DNA of 64,000 nt, from positions 67,446 through 131,445 of IMG/VR virus record IMGVR_UViG_3300007760_001422; one strand, written 5' to 3'. Below, piece after piece: positions 39,084-48,351 of the stretch. Positions within the stretch are counted from its first letter, which is position 1; each line of letters begins with the position of its first letter. This DNA is from a virus. The notes under the pieces were generated by a model that saw only the letters and a list, made by a program, of their open reading frames with translations, was not told the DNA's origin and searched no databases. Both the position numbers and the translations under genes were made by a program.

Positions 39084-40234
39084 TCGGCGCTCCTATTTAT
39101 AGCATCACAAACTAGTTCAATTTCTTCTTTTGTTATATGATGGTTGTTGGGTATATACATACCATATTCATGCACAAGCTTGGCATTTTTAAGATTTCGG
39201 CGGCCATATTTTTTAATCCACATCGGTTGCTCACTTAAAGAGCCGCAGATTAATGGCCTGTTTTCTACGTTAATACGATTTAAATTTTCTATAATTTTCT
39301 GCCTATTTGGGTGGATTATTGGATAAGCGAAATTTGAAACATAAGAACCTGCCCTTTCTGCTGGCTTCCAGTATGTGTTCTTAATAAGCTTATTATATAA
39401 CTCGTAATTTTCATTTCTTTTTGTTACGATGTCTTCTAGCTTCTTTAATTGGCCCATTCCTAAAAAGGCTTGCAGATCTGTTGCCCTAAAATTAAACCCG
39501 TAATAATAAAAAGTGTAAAGCGCATTAAAATCACTTACGTCATATTCATCTCTTAATTGTTTTATTTTATATTCTTCCAGATCCCTGTCCCAACCATGTG
39601 ATCTTAACGCCTTAAGAACATTAAACATCTCCCTATCGTTGGTACAAACCATGCCGCCCTCTATCGTAGAGATGTGATGACCAAAGTAAGTTGAAAAAGA
39701 AGACATCAAGCCAAAAGAACCTATCTTGCTCTTTTGGTGTTCCGAGCCCAATGATTCACAAGAATCCTCCAATAAAACAACCCCATTCTCGTTGCACAGC
39801 GTTTTGATTTCTTTCATGTTGGGTACAAGCCCGAGAACAGAAACTAACATCAATACTTTGGGTGATTCTTTTTCTATTAATTCTTCAAGATGCTTCAAAT
39901 CAACAGACAGATCTTCCATATTACAATCACATAATACTGGTTCCAATCCCAGCTGCACCACAGGAGCGAGATCTGTCGACCACGATAATGCAGGTACCAC
40001 AACTTTGTCACCCTTGTTGATAATTCCGCTTTCTATCATACTATAAAGCATTAATAAGTTAGCAGAAGAACCAGAATTGACAAAAACTGCATATTTAGTG
40101 CCCAAATATTTAGCCCACTCTTCTTCGTATTCTAAAGTTAGTTCACCTTTTGTCAATCTGGGATAAGTCGACAACCAGCCTATCAGTTCATCGATGTCGC
40201 CATTATCTATTGTGTCATTAACTAACTTAATCAT
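39080..40234 (-). CDS. colD: GDP-4-keto-6-deoxymannose 3-dehydratase (ColD-like, PLP-dependent, DegT family)
   Basis: SGSSANLL, PALSWST, EDSCES. STYFGHHISTIEGG has His where aminotransferases have the Schiff-base Lys. The Fe-S Cys cluster of E1/RfbH is absent. Confidence 0.75.
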   Translation of the reverse strand: MIKLVNDTIDNGDIDELIGWLSTYPRLTKGELTLEYEEEWAKYLGTKYAVFVNSGSSANLLMLYSMIESGIINKGDKVVVPALSWSTDLAPVVQLGLEPVLCDCNMEDLSVDLKHLEELIEKESPKVLMLVSVLGLVPNMKEIKTLCNENGVVLLEDSCESLGSEHQKSKIGSFGLMSSFSTYFGHHISTIEGGMVCTNDREMFNVLKALRSHGWDRDLEEYKIKQLRDEYDVSDFNALYTFYYYGFNFRATDLQAFLGMGQLKKLEDIVTKRNENYELYNKLIKNTYWKPAERAGSYVSNFAYPIIHPNRQKIIENLNRINVENRPLICGSLSEQPMWIKKYGRRNLKNAKLVHEYGMYIPNNHHITKEEIELVCDAINRSAE

Positions 40235-41366
40235 TTTTCTTTCCTTTAAAGTACTCGAATATAGATTTTATCACATAATCTTGTTGTTCTTTAGTTAACA
40301 TATAAGAAGATGGCAATGATATCCCCCTATTATAGATATTTTTGCTAACAGGGCAAACATTAACTTTAAACACACCCTTGTAGCAAGGTTGCATGTGCAG
40401 TGGGTGGAAAAATATTCTTGTGCCTATGTTTTTAGATTTTAAATATTCAATCAACTCATCTCGATAATCTGTCATAAAAGAGGTAAACCAAAAAACTGGT
40501 CTTGTCTTTGGATCAATATATACTGGTTTAAAATATTCTTTAATTGGTTCAAGCTCTTTAACATATTTGTCATGTATTTTTCGTTTCTTTTTTATTATCT
40601 TATCCAACTTATGTAATTGAGATATGCCAATCGCTGCTTGCATTTCTGTAAAACAAAAATTATACCCTATATGATCATGAATAAAAACACCTTTTCCATC
40701 TCTTCCATGGTTTTTTAATCTATAGCATGCCTTTGCCAGTTCGTCATCATCTGTTATGATAACACCACCCTCTCCACAAGTAATAGTCTTGTTTCCATAA
40801 AATGATAAAATTCCCATATCTCCATATGTGCCAACATGCTTTTTATTATAAAAAACACCAACACCTTGAGCGGCATCTTCTATAACCTTTAAAGAATATT
40901 TCGATGCCAGCTGCATTAAAATCCCCATTTCAGCACTTTGGCCATAAAGATGCACCGGCATTATTGCCTTTGTTTTATTTGTAATAAGTTTCTCTACCTT
41001 GGAGATATTAATGCAGAAAGTATCTTTTCTGACATCGCAAAAAACAGGAGTGGCGCCAGCCATTATAACTGCATTTGCAGTTGCGATAAAGGTCATATCT
41101 GGTACTATTACTTCGTCGCCCGGGCCGACGCCTATAGCCTTAAGACAGCTATACAGTGCGACTGTGCCATTTGTCATGGCAATTGCGTGTTTGGAGCCTG
41201 TAAGTTTCCTTATAAGTGCTTCAAACTCTTTTGTAAGCTCATTTTCAGTGACATAGGTAGAATCGATAACTCTTTTAAGCTGAATCAACTCTTTCTCGTC
41301 AATCCATGGCTCAATCTGCGGTATATAATCCTTCATAAGATTTTTGTTCTTTGACCAAGGAGTCAC
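40227..41366 (-). CDS. DegT/DnrJ sugar aminotransferase, GDP-perosamine synthase-like
   Basis: TFIATANAV, PVHLYG, EDAAQ, SFYGNKTITCGEGG (Lys retained), GISLPS. Likely true start is ATG at 41336. Confidence 0.85.
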   Translation of the reverse strand: MTPWSKNKNLMKDYIPQIEPWIDEKELIQLKRVIDSTYVTENELTKEFEALIRKLTGSKHAIAMTNGTVALYSCLKAIGVGPGDEVIVPDMTFIATANAVIMAGATPVFCDVRKDTFCINISKVEKLITNKTKAIMPVHLYGQSAEMGILMQLASKYSLKVIEDAAQGVGVFYNKKHVGTYGDMGILSFYGNKTITCGEGGVIITDDDELAKACYRLKNHGRDGKGVFIHDHIGYNFCFTEMQAAIGISQLHKLDKIIKKKRKIHDKYVKELEPIKEYFKPVYIDPKTRPVFWFTSFMTDYRDELIEYLKSKNIGTRIFFHPLHMQPCYKGVFKVNVCPVSKNIYNRGISLPSSYMLTKEQQDYVIKSIFEYFKGKKND

Positions 41367-41697
41367 AATGATTGTTTATTTTATTTTTAATTAAAAACCT
41401 TTGATCATTCAACTTTGCATCAAGCCTTGCGTGCTGAACAAAGGTTTCATCAAAATCTTTGTTTTTTTCTTTTAGTCGGATGACATCTTCAGTGTCCCAT
41501 AATTTTTCATTGACTTCTTTTAGCTGTTCAATATATTCTTTAGGTACTTCTACTGCACCTTCTTTTAGGGCGTCACTCAAAAGTAAAAGTTCTGTCTCTA
41601 TATGTTGTAGCTTTGCTTTATTTTTTATTTTTTCTTGTTTAATTTTTAGGATGGTGATCTTATCTACCACTTCTCCAACTGATACATCAATTTTCAT
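41311..41697 (-). CDS. Small helical protein, DUF6165-like
   Basis: VSVGEVVDKITILKIK...VNEKLWDTEDVIR...NDQRFLIKNKIN...EQKSY. Confidence 0.7.
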   Translation of the reverse strand: MKIDVSVGEVVDKITILKIKQEKIKNKAKLQHIETELLLLSDALKEGAVEVPKEYIEQLKEVNEKLWDTEDVIRLKEKNKDFDETFVQHARLDAKLNDQRFLIKNKINNHCDSLVKEQKSYEGLYTAD

Positions 41698-42583
41698 AAA
41701 CGCTCTTTATACTCTCTATGTGTGTCTTTGCTCGTAAAAAGTTTTCTACATTGCTAAAATCAAAATCCATGTTTTTGATGCGATTAAAGAACGTATCATT
41801 TATTTGCTCCCACGAATCAACAAAGATTCCCGGAAGTTTATAATATTCAAAAACCTTTTTAATCGTTGAATCCTTCATTATTGGTACGCTTCCAACTAAT
41901 AAAGACTCATAGTTTCTATGCGTGTCTGGACCCGAGCCCTCCAAACAAATTATAAATTTATAACAATCCATGGTCTTTAAATATTTTTCAATAACCATTT
42001 TTTCACTTTGCGATGTTACAAAGCTCAAATTGTTTAAATACTTCAAAGACTCTGCTCTATTTGGATTTGTATTGACAGTGTGATATGGCAGGAAAACAAG
42101 CTCTTCCTTATCTTCAATTTGTTTTCTTTCTAGTCTACACCTATTGAGCACTGCTTGATTGCCGCCGACGCGGGCTGGTTCTTCAAAACCAATTGGCAAA
42201 GGAACAATTTTTTCATTTTCAATATCGGGGGGGTTTGTGCAATACCATTTTTTAAGTTTTGGGTTGTTAAGGATTTCCTTATAAGCATCTCCCCCATCTC
42301 TTCCAATATGAAAAGAGGAATTACCAGTAACAAGACTAAAATTACAATCAATCATCGGCATGTAGCCCTGTCTAAACGTATCATTAACTATAAAGTCTGT
42401 TTTCACAAAGATAACATCGTTCTGTTCCACATCTAAAGGATCAAACGGTTCGTGTTCGTGTAGCCTTTTTACTCCCCACCCTTCGTAAAATTTCTCTGAC
42501 GCGTCTAGAGCGTGGTTTGTTGCTAGCGGCAAAAAATTATAACATATTAAAAAGTCATTATTTACCATGTCACTTCTTTCCAC
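41687..42583 (-). CDS. Exostosin/GT47-like glycosyltransferase
   Basis: C-terminal YKFIICLEGSGPDTHRNYESLLVGSVPI matches the exostosin-type nucleotide-binding motif. Confidence 0.6.
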   Translation of the reverse strand: MERSDMVNNDFLICYNFLPLATNHALDASEKFYEGWGVKRLHEHEPFDPLDVEQNDVIFVKTDFIVNDTFRQGYMPMIDCNFSLVTGNSSFHIGRDGGDAYKEILNNPKLKKWYCTNPPDIENEKIVPLPIGFEEPARVGGNQAVLNRCRLERKQIEDKEELVFLPYHTVNTNPNRAESLKYLNNLSFVTSQSEKMVIEKYLKTMDCYKFIICLEGSGPDTHRNYESLLVGSVPIMKDSTIKKVFEYYKLPGIFVDSWEQINDTFFNRIKNMDFDFSNVENFLRAKTHIESIKSVYEN

Positions 42584-43956
42584 TCTTTCTGTGTACTGTT
42601 TCCTAAATAGGATGATGCGCCATCTCTAAAATTATGAAAATAAAGCTTTCCTTTGGTGTCCAAGGTTTCTACCAGCGATCTAAAACAACTTTCCATACAA
42701 TGTATTTGTTTTGCATTTTCTAACAACTCGCAAAAATGAAATAAATTTTCACTCATATCATTTCTTATTATCTTTACGTCTTCAGAACAAAATTCTTTGA
42801 TTTTCTCTTCGGTTATCTCAAAACCACGGGCGGAATCATCATGTACAAAAACATATTCTTGCCCTTCTGGATTTAGTTTTTTCAACAATCTGTTTTCTTC
42901 TGCAGGTTCTCTTTCGAAATGAAATCTATTAAACCGTTCCTTATAATTTAAACCAACTTGTTTATAAAATATTTCTGCACAACCCATTTTAAGTTCTTTT
43001 TCTTTTCCCCATGGATAATTCTCATGGCCGATGCGGAGAAATTTTACATATTTGTCTTGTGAAGCTTTTTCCATATATTCTTTAATTTCTTCGTATTCAT
43101 TGGCTCCGGGGATTTCTATTACTTCTATTTTAGGCTCATCGCGATACATAAATTCAATTAAGGAGAAATATTTCTTCTTGGCAAATACGTGCACCTTATC
43201 GAACCTATAATCGTTTAAATATAACCTAGTCATTCCATTACAATCAATATGATCCCCCAAGCCTAGGTGGGTGTGCAAATAAAGCTCATTAGAAGAGGCA
43301 TTAATTACCCGTTCGAGAGCCTGATCGTGCTCTTCCACTGGATTGTCGTTTTCATCAAAAACGCGGCCAACAAAATCTAACCCTTCTCGCTTGGAGGGAA
43401 ACCCTCTACCAAAAAAGAACTCGTCATGGATCATAACGTCTTCTGGAGAGATAATTGGTTGTATCACATTCATAAAAAATTCATAATCTGTGCCATATTT
43501 ATCTACAGCCCCATGTCCTTCTATTAATTTTTTTATGTTCGGAATAGTGCCTTTTTTGGCACCCCACATGCCGCCTAAAATCGGAAACTGATGATAAGGG
43601 TGGTCCCTCATGATGTGGAATGTTAGGTCACTAGCCTCCCATTCATCTACTGCATGGCGCTCTCTTAAACTAATTCTAGAATCTGTGTCTCTAGAAATAA
43701 AGATATCGACATCTTCTTCAGATGCCGGCTCGAACCTCCAAAACATTGATTTCCAGTCACCTATTTCATTCTTTTTAACAACCTCCACATTCTCAAATTC
43801 TTCCAATTGTGTAATTATATTAACAGGGACGGTAGCATCAACATAAAATCTGCACTTCCATTCCGGATATATCTCTTGTGCTAATTTTGCATTTTTAATG
43901 GCACCTACAGTATATTTTGGATCGACACCCCATAGTGAAAAAGTTATTAATTTCAT
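42562..43956 (-). CDS. Two-domain putative glycosyltransferase
   Basis: N-domain FSLWG...YTVGAIKN...MFWRF...SRDTDSR...MRDHPYH...ILGGMWG. C-domain HLGLGDHIDCNG...IHCMESCF (GT-B-like GLGD). Confidence 0.6.
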   Translation of the reverse strand: MKLITFSLWGVDPKYTVGAIKNAKLAQEIYPEWKCRFYVDATVPVNIITQLEEFENVEVVKKNEIGDWKSMFWRFEPASEEDVDIFISRDTDSRISLRERHAVDEWEASDLTFHIMRDHPYHQFPILGGMWGAKKGTIPNIKKLIEGHGAVDKYGTDYEFFMNVIQPIISPEDVMIHDEFFFGRGFPSKREGLDFVGRVFDENDNPVEEHDQALERVINASSNELYLHTHLGLGDHIDCNGMTRLYLNDYRFDKVHVFAKKKYFSLIEFMYRDEPKIEVIEIPGANEYEEIKEYMEKASQDKYVKFLRIGHENYPWGKEKELKMGCAEIFYKQVGLNYKERFNRFHFEREPAEENRLLKKLNPEGQEYVFVHDDSARGFEITEEKIKEFCSEDVKIIRNDMSENLFHFCELLENAKQIHCMESCFRSLVETLDTKGKLYFHNFRDGASSYLGNSTQKEWKEVTW

Positions 43957-45926
43957 GCTGCTACATGCTCCACTGATTTAGATGAGTATTCATTAAACAC
44001 TTTCTTCTCCTCTTCCTGTTTCCAATCAAAATTTTCTGGATTTGTTGAAATCCCTGTCGGATTAAAATAATATAATCCTAAAATCTTATCGATCTTTTTA
44101 AACACTGAACCTTTCGAGGCGGCGCGCAGCCACATCTCCCAGTCCCCTGCTGAACGATATGAGGTATCGAAAAAGCCAAATTTTTCATGAACCGTTTTTC
44201 TCCACATTGGATTGCTATGTGGCATGTTTACCATTTTTAGTTTATCATATGAAAACTGTGGGAAATTATATCTTTTCCCATTCGAACTATTTTTATCAAA
44301 CGTTTCATTTGGCTGATCTGTGATGAAGAGATCTGCGTAAACCAATTCAACTTCTGGGTTCATATAAAGTTCTTTTGCGTGTAGTTCTAAACTATTGATG
44401 GCCTTTCGATCATCTAAATTCGCATTTGTAAAATATTCGCCGCTAGCTAATTTTAGCCCAACATTCCACGCCCCATAAATACCCGGGTCTTCATCCAACT
44501 TTTCATAAATTATGTTGTCATATTTTTCCATGTACCTTTTGATAACCGTCTCTTCGTTGCCGGGCGAATTTGCATTAACTAAAATTAATTCACACTTATC
44601 AAAAATGGTTTGTTGCGTGATATCTTCTAAAAATGATTCTATGTACTCATCTCCGTCATAAACGGAAGTAACTATAGAAATTTTAGGTAAATCTTTTTTG
44701 TCAACTTTGGTAAGGGTAGAACCATGAACAATTTCTGCAAACTTTTTGTATTGTATCTCGTTCGTAAATGTTTTAACTAAATATTTCTGCAAATCTTTAG
44801 CTTGTTTTTTAAAACGACCATGGTCTTTGTAAATTTCTCTTAATTTCATTTTATAGCTACCCTGTTTTGGATAACACCACATGGAATCTGCTTGTATTAC
44901 GCCATCCCAGACTGCCTCTGGTTGGACCGGAGAAAGATCATATTCTACTTTTGCGAAACAAGGTCTATTTTTAATTTTTCCAGAGTTCGTCTTTTTCGGC
45001 ATATATAAGAAATCAACATGACCGCTCCAAGCGGGAGCAACCACTGGTAACCCATAATAAGCTGCTTCAAACAATGGAAGTCCAAAACCTTCTCCATGGG
45101 CTAATGATACTAATGCTTTGATTTTTGGATGACAATATAGTCCCGCCATTTCTTCCTCGGTCATATCACCGTGCATCAGATATAATTTGCACTTTCTATC
45201 CTTATACTCGGGTGCTTTTAGAAGATTTTTTAATCTTCCTTCTGTGTGAACCAAGTCCATATTGGAATTGTTGCGCGTATTTAGTTTAACAACCAGACCA
45301 ACTTCACGGTCAATAAATTCTTCCAAGAACCATCTAATTGTATTATCAATATTTTTTCTAGGGCCCCATTGAGCCACCACCAAAAAATTAAAGTCTGTTT
45401 TTAAATCTATAGAAATATCTGACGGCTCGTATTTTCTGACCGGGTAACCAACTACTTCAATTGGAGTTCCGCAGCTAAGTCTTACATGTTGGCCATCCGG
45501 GCCAGTGGCGTCATAATATGTATTTTTATATGATTTTTTAGAATGTTCAGAAATTGTGACAATTTTATCCACCAACATTCCCTTTTCAATCCAAACGGGG
45601 GCAATTTTAGTTGTTTCTATTCCCGCAGTGACGCCTATATTTTCAGGTGCTAATTTTTCCCATTCGTTTGGTATTGTAACCTGCACCGACGTGTCATATC
45701 CTAGGCCGTTTTGATTACGAGCAATATGCTTTCTTAAAAGCTCATCGATATAACGCCTCTCTTCATCATCTTTAAAGATCCAGCCAGTTTGACCCCAATT
45801 TGTATTGATCAGATAAACATCAAATTGTTCTTCATATTCTTTTAATGCTCTTAAGACGAATCTAGTGTGTTCGCCGTAGCCGCTTCTAGACAAAGCAGGC
45901 CCTCGAACTAAAACAGTTTTTTTCAT
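43953..45926 (-). CDS. GT4-GT2 fusion glycosyltransferase
   Basis: GEGFGLPLFEAA (GT4) followed by ISIVTSVY...NANLDDR...SAGDWEMWLR (GT2). Confidence 0.88.
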   Translation of the reverse strand: MKKTVLVRGPALSRSGYGEHTRFVLRALKEYEEQFDVYLINTNWGQTGWIFKDDEERRYIDELLRKHIARNQNGLGYDTSVQVTIPNEWEKLAPENIGVTAGIETTKIAPVWIEKGMLVDKIVTISEHSKKSYKNTYYDATGPDGQHVRLSCGTPIEVVGYPVRKYEPSDISIDLKTDFNFLVVAQWGPRKNIDNTIRWFLEEFIDREVGLVVKLNTRNNSNMDLVHTEGRLKNLLKAPEYKDRKCKLYLMHGDMTEEEMAGLYCHPKIKALVSLAHGEGFGLPLFEAAYYGLPVVAPAWSGHVDFLYMPKKTNSGKIKNRPCFAKVEYDLSPVQPEAVWDGVIQADSMWCYPKQGSYKMKLREIYKDHGRFKKQAKDLQKYLVKTFTNEIQYKKFAEIVHGSTLTKVDKKDLPKISIVTSVYDGDEYIESFLEDITQQTIFDKCELILVNANSPGNEETVIKRYMEKYDNIIYEKLDEDPGIYGAWNVGLKLASGEYFTNANLDDRKAINSLELHAKELYMNPEVELVYADLFITDQPNETFDKNSSNGKRYNFPQFSYDKLKMVNMPHSNPMWRKTVHEKFGFFDTSYRSAGDWEMWLRAASKGSVFKKIDKILGLYYFNPTGISTNPENFDWKQEEEKKVFNEYSSKSVEHVAA

Positions 45927-47185
45927 GCTACTTCCTTAAAATGCCAAGCTTGGTAATTCTTTCTTTCAGACCAAGAGCCGTGTTCTTCATATACTTTGAG
46001 AAGGATTTCTTCCCAACTTTTACAAAAGTTTTCATAATTATAATTTTTCATGACATGCTCCCTTCCAAGCTGGCCCAGCTTTTCGCGCTCTTCGCTTGTC
46101 ATATTATAGATTTCTAATAATCCATTGACCACTGATTCTTCTGATAGCCTGTCTTCATATATCCACGGTATTTCTTGGGAGCCAATTATCGCTTTAGAAT
46201 CGGGCTCTAAACCAATACCAAAATACTTTTCTCCATCAGTGACTTGTTCCTGCAGACCGCCAGTCATATTGACCATTATTGGTGTTCCACAAGCCAAAGA
46301 TTCAAAGGTCGCCAGCCCAAAACCTTCAGCGTCAGATATATTAATCGTGCAATCTGCCATATTATAAATCATCGCCAAATGTTCCATGGGTAATTTTTCT
46401 CTAGATAAAAGCACCTGACCGTCTGAAAGCTTTAAAAAATCCAATATTGCTACCAGATCTTGGCCGTTATGATCTTTGGGTTCAGTGTGCATGATCAAAC
46501 ATGCCTTGTCGTGCCCAACAATGTCTAAAAACTTTTTAAACCAAAATATTAAACTGCCCGATTGTTTTCGGCGTGCATTTCTATTGTTCCAAACAAAAAC
46601 CACCTTATCAGAATTTTCTGGGCCCAAGTGTTCGTTTCTAAAGTTTTCAACATCTTCTTTTGGGTACGGCTTATAAACATCTGTATTGACAGAATGTGGC
46701 AAATAAACAGATTTAACGTCTGGTGATACTTTTTGAACTATATCATGTGTTACTTTCGATATACAAGCAATCAAGTCGTTGCTGTCATAAAAGGGTTTAT
46801 TGAAATGTGGAGGGGGATAATTGTCCCAAACATGATAATATACCATTGGCATAAGTGGTCTAATTTCATTTTCCATACCCCATAACCAGCCCCAAAATCT
46901 TGGATCGGTCATAAACCACAGCATATCCGGCTTTTGAGTTCGAATCGCAGAACGAATCATGTCAGGGTTTCCATATCCATCAACAGGATATATTAGCCAA
47001 TCTTCTCCCCACTCATCAGTTTGAACAGGTGTATAATCATTATGTTTTACTGCGCCAGCAAAGCTTATAAAGCTAAATTTCCCTGTTTTAAGTAGAGCAT
47101 CAATCATGTATCTACTTTGTGTTCCAACGCCAGACGGTGATAGTGGGTGATCACTCAACGTTAATATTTTAATCTTTTTATCCAC
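45923..47185 (-). CDS. GT4 family glycosyltransferase
   Basis: SGVGTQ, NNRNARRK, AEGFGLATFESLACGTP. GTG start. Confidence 0.9.
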   Translation of the reverse strand: MDKKIKILTLSDHPLSPSGVGTQSRYMIDALLKTGKFSFISFAGAVKHNDYTPVQTDEWGEDWLIYPVDGYGNPDMIRSAIRTQKPDMLWFMTDPRFWGWLWGMENEIRPLMPMVYYHVWDNYPPPHFNKPFYDSNDLIACISKVTHDIVQKVSPDVKSVYLPHSVNTDVYKPYPKEDVENFRNEHLGPENSDKVVFVWNNRNARRKQSGSLIFWFKKFLDIVGHDKACLIMHTEPKDHNGQDLVAILDFLKLSDGQVLLSREKLPMEHLAMIYNMADCTINISDAEGFGLATFESLACGTPIMVNMTGGLQEQVTDGEKYFGIGLEPDSKAIIGSQEIPWIYEDRLSEESVVNGLLEIYNMTSEEREKLGQLGREHVMKNYNYENFCKSWEEILLKVYEEHGSWSERKNYQAWHFKEVA

Positions 47186-47194
47186 GGATACCTC

Positions 47195-47980
47195 TTATGT
47201 GCAATGTTGGGTGTTGAAAAAATCACACCCAGTACAGGATAACCTGTTTTTTATATATCTTTTTTCATTAATATTATAAAGCGCTTTTTCCAATAATTTA
47301 ATAGCATTTTGTGTTTTTATTTTTCCGCTCGAAACTCTGAATAATTCTGCGTTGTTTTTCTTTGCCGTTCTCTTAAGAAGTGCAAAATGAGTTTCTATCT
47401 TGTCTGGATCTATGCCATGTTTTATCGCAAAGAACTTTTTATAAAGAGTTAGCTGATATGTTGTTATTTTCTCTGTTTTTCTTTTTGCGTCCCAGCCCCA
47501 AGAACAACTTTTCCAATCAATAATGTGATATTTTCCATCTTTGGTTTTTAGGACCAAATCTATATACCCTTTAAAATCGTGATGATTGGTGTTGCTGTCA
47601 ATTAAATCCCCAATTGGTTCATAAATTTTTTCTTCAACGGCGACGACCTCGTATTCATCAAAATAATCTTCTAGTGCTGGTAAAATATATTTAGTTAAGG
47701 GTGTGCCCTGTTCTCGCATACTATTGACTAGCCCTTCTCGTATGGGCACGTCAGAGGGTAGTGTTTTAATTTCTTGTGCAAACCTCTCTAAAAAGTATTC
47801 TGGGGCTTCTTCTTCTTTTATGACTGCTTGCACTAGTGCCTCACACACACTGTGAATGGCAGTTCCAAAGGCTGTAAATTCATTGCCTTTAAAGCCCTTA
47901 ATTTTTTCGATATTATTTAATTTGTGGTACCAAGAACACTTGTTCCAATTTTTTAGTTCTGAAAAGGATATATGGGGCAT
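47195..47980 (-). CDS. PD-(D/E)XK exonuclease, Cas4/RecB/AddB-like with Fe-S Cys ligands
   Basis: SFSEL..W.KC, GTAIH, KGYIDL, IIDWKS, QLTLY, C-terminal CTGC...C. Confidence 0.88.
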   Translation of the reverse strand: MPHISFSELKNWNKCSWYHKLNNIEKIKGFKGNEFTAFGTAIHSVCEALVQAVIKEEEAPEYFLERFAQEIKTLPSDVPIREGLVNSMREQGTPLTKYILPALEDYFDEYEVVAVEEKIYEPIGDLIDSNTNHHDFKGYIDLVLKTKDGKYHIIDWKSCSWGWDAKRKTEKITTYQLTLYKKFFAIKHGIDPDKIETHFALLKRTAKKNNAELFRVSSGKIKTQNAIKLLEKALYNINEKRYIKNRLSCTGCDFFNTQHCT

Positions 47981-47991
47981 ACTTACCTCTA

Positions 47992-48351
47992 CTATTTTTT
48001 ATTAGTCTTCTTTGCAGTATACCTTACTTTTTTCTCGTTGTCAACGTTTTTTTTATCTTCTACTTCCTTTTTTGGCTCCGGAGCTTTTTTTGTGGCTTTT
48101 GGGGGCCCCACGCGGAAGACCCACGTGCCAACGTTGGCGTTGTATTTTCTTCTATTGTTAACCGTTGTATCTTTTACTGTTTGCTTTACTTGAATATTTT
48201 TCTCTTTTAAAAGGTCGATTATATTATCTGTACCAAACACTTGGCGGCCTAGGCTTTTATTCTCATCATAAAAGGGGAGGCTCAACTCGACTGTAACCGT
48301 GCCTTCTTCTTTGTTGTGTGTTATAACACTATATTTCTCCAACAAACTCAT
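47992..48351 (-). CDS. Hypothetical protein, Lys-rich C-terminus
   Basis: 119-aa ORF overlapping the upstream stop codon. Confidence 0.6.
   Translation of the reverse strand: MSLLEKYSVITHNKEEGTVTVELSLPFYDENKSLGRQVFGTDNIIDLLKEKNIQVKQTVKDTTVNNRRKYNANVGTWVFRVGPPKATKKAPEPKKEVEDKKNVDNEKKVRYTAKKTNKK
48016..48044 (-). promoter_or_regulatory. Host sigma70-type promoter
   Basis: Minus strand reads TTGACA-17 nt-TATACT, 35 nt upstream of the nuclease start (47980) and its GAGG SD. Confidence 0.75.

Noticed and set aside
23400-47185. Ordinary bacterial O-antigen/capsule locus
   Set aside because: No membrane export or polymerase genes, and the cluster is seamlessly joined to phage-type genes on both sides. 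Misassembly cannot be fully excluded without reads.
47195-47980. Cas4-like nuclease as evidence of a CRISPR-Cas system
   Set aside because: No repeat-spacer array or other cas genes were seen in the window; solo Cas4/RecB-like nucleases are common in phages.
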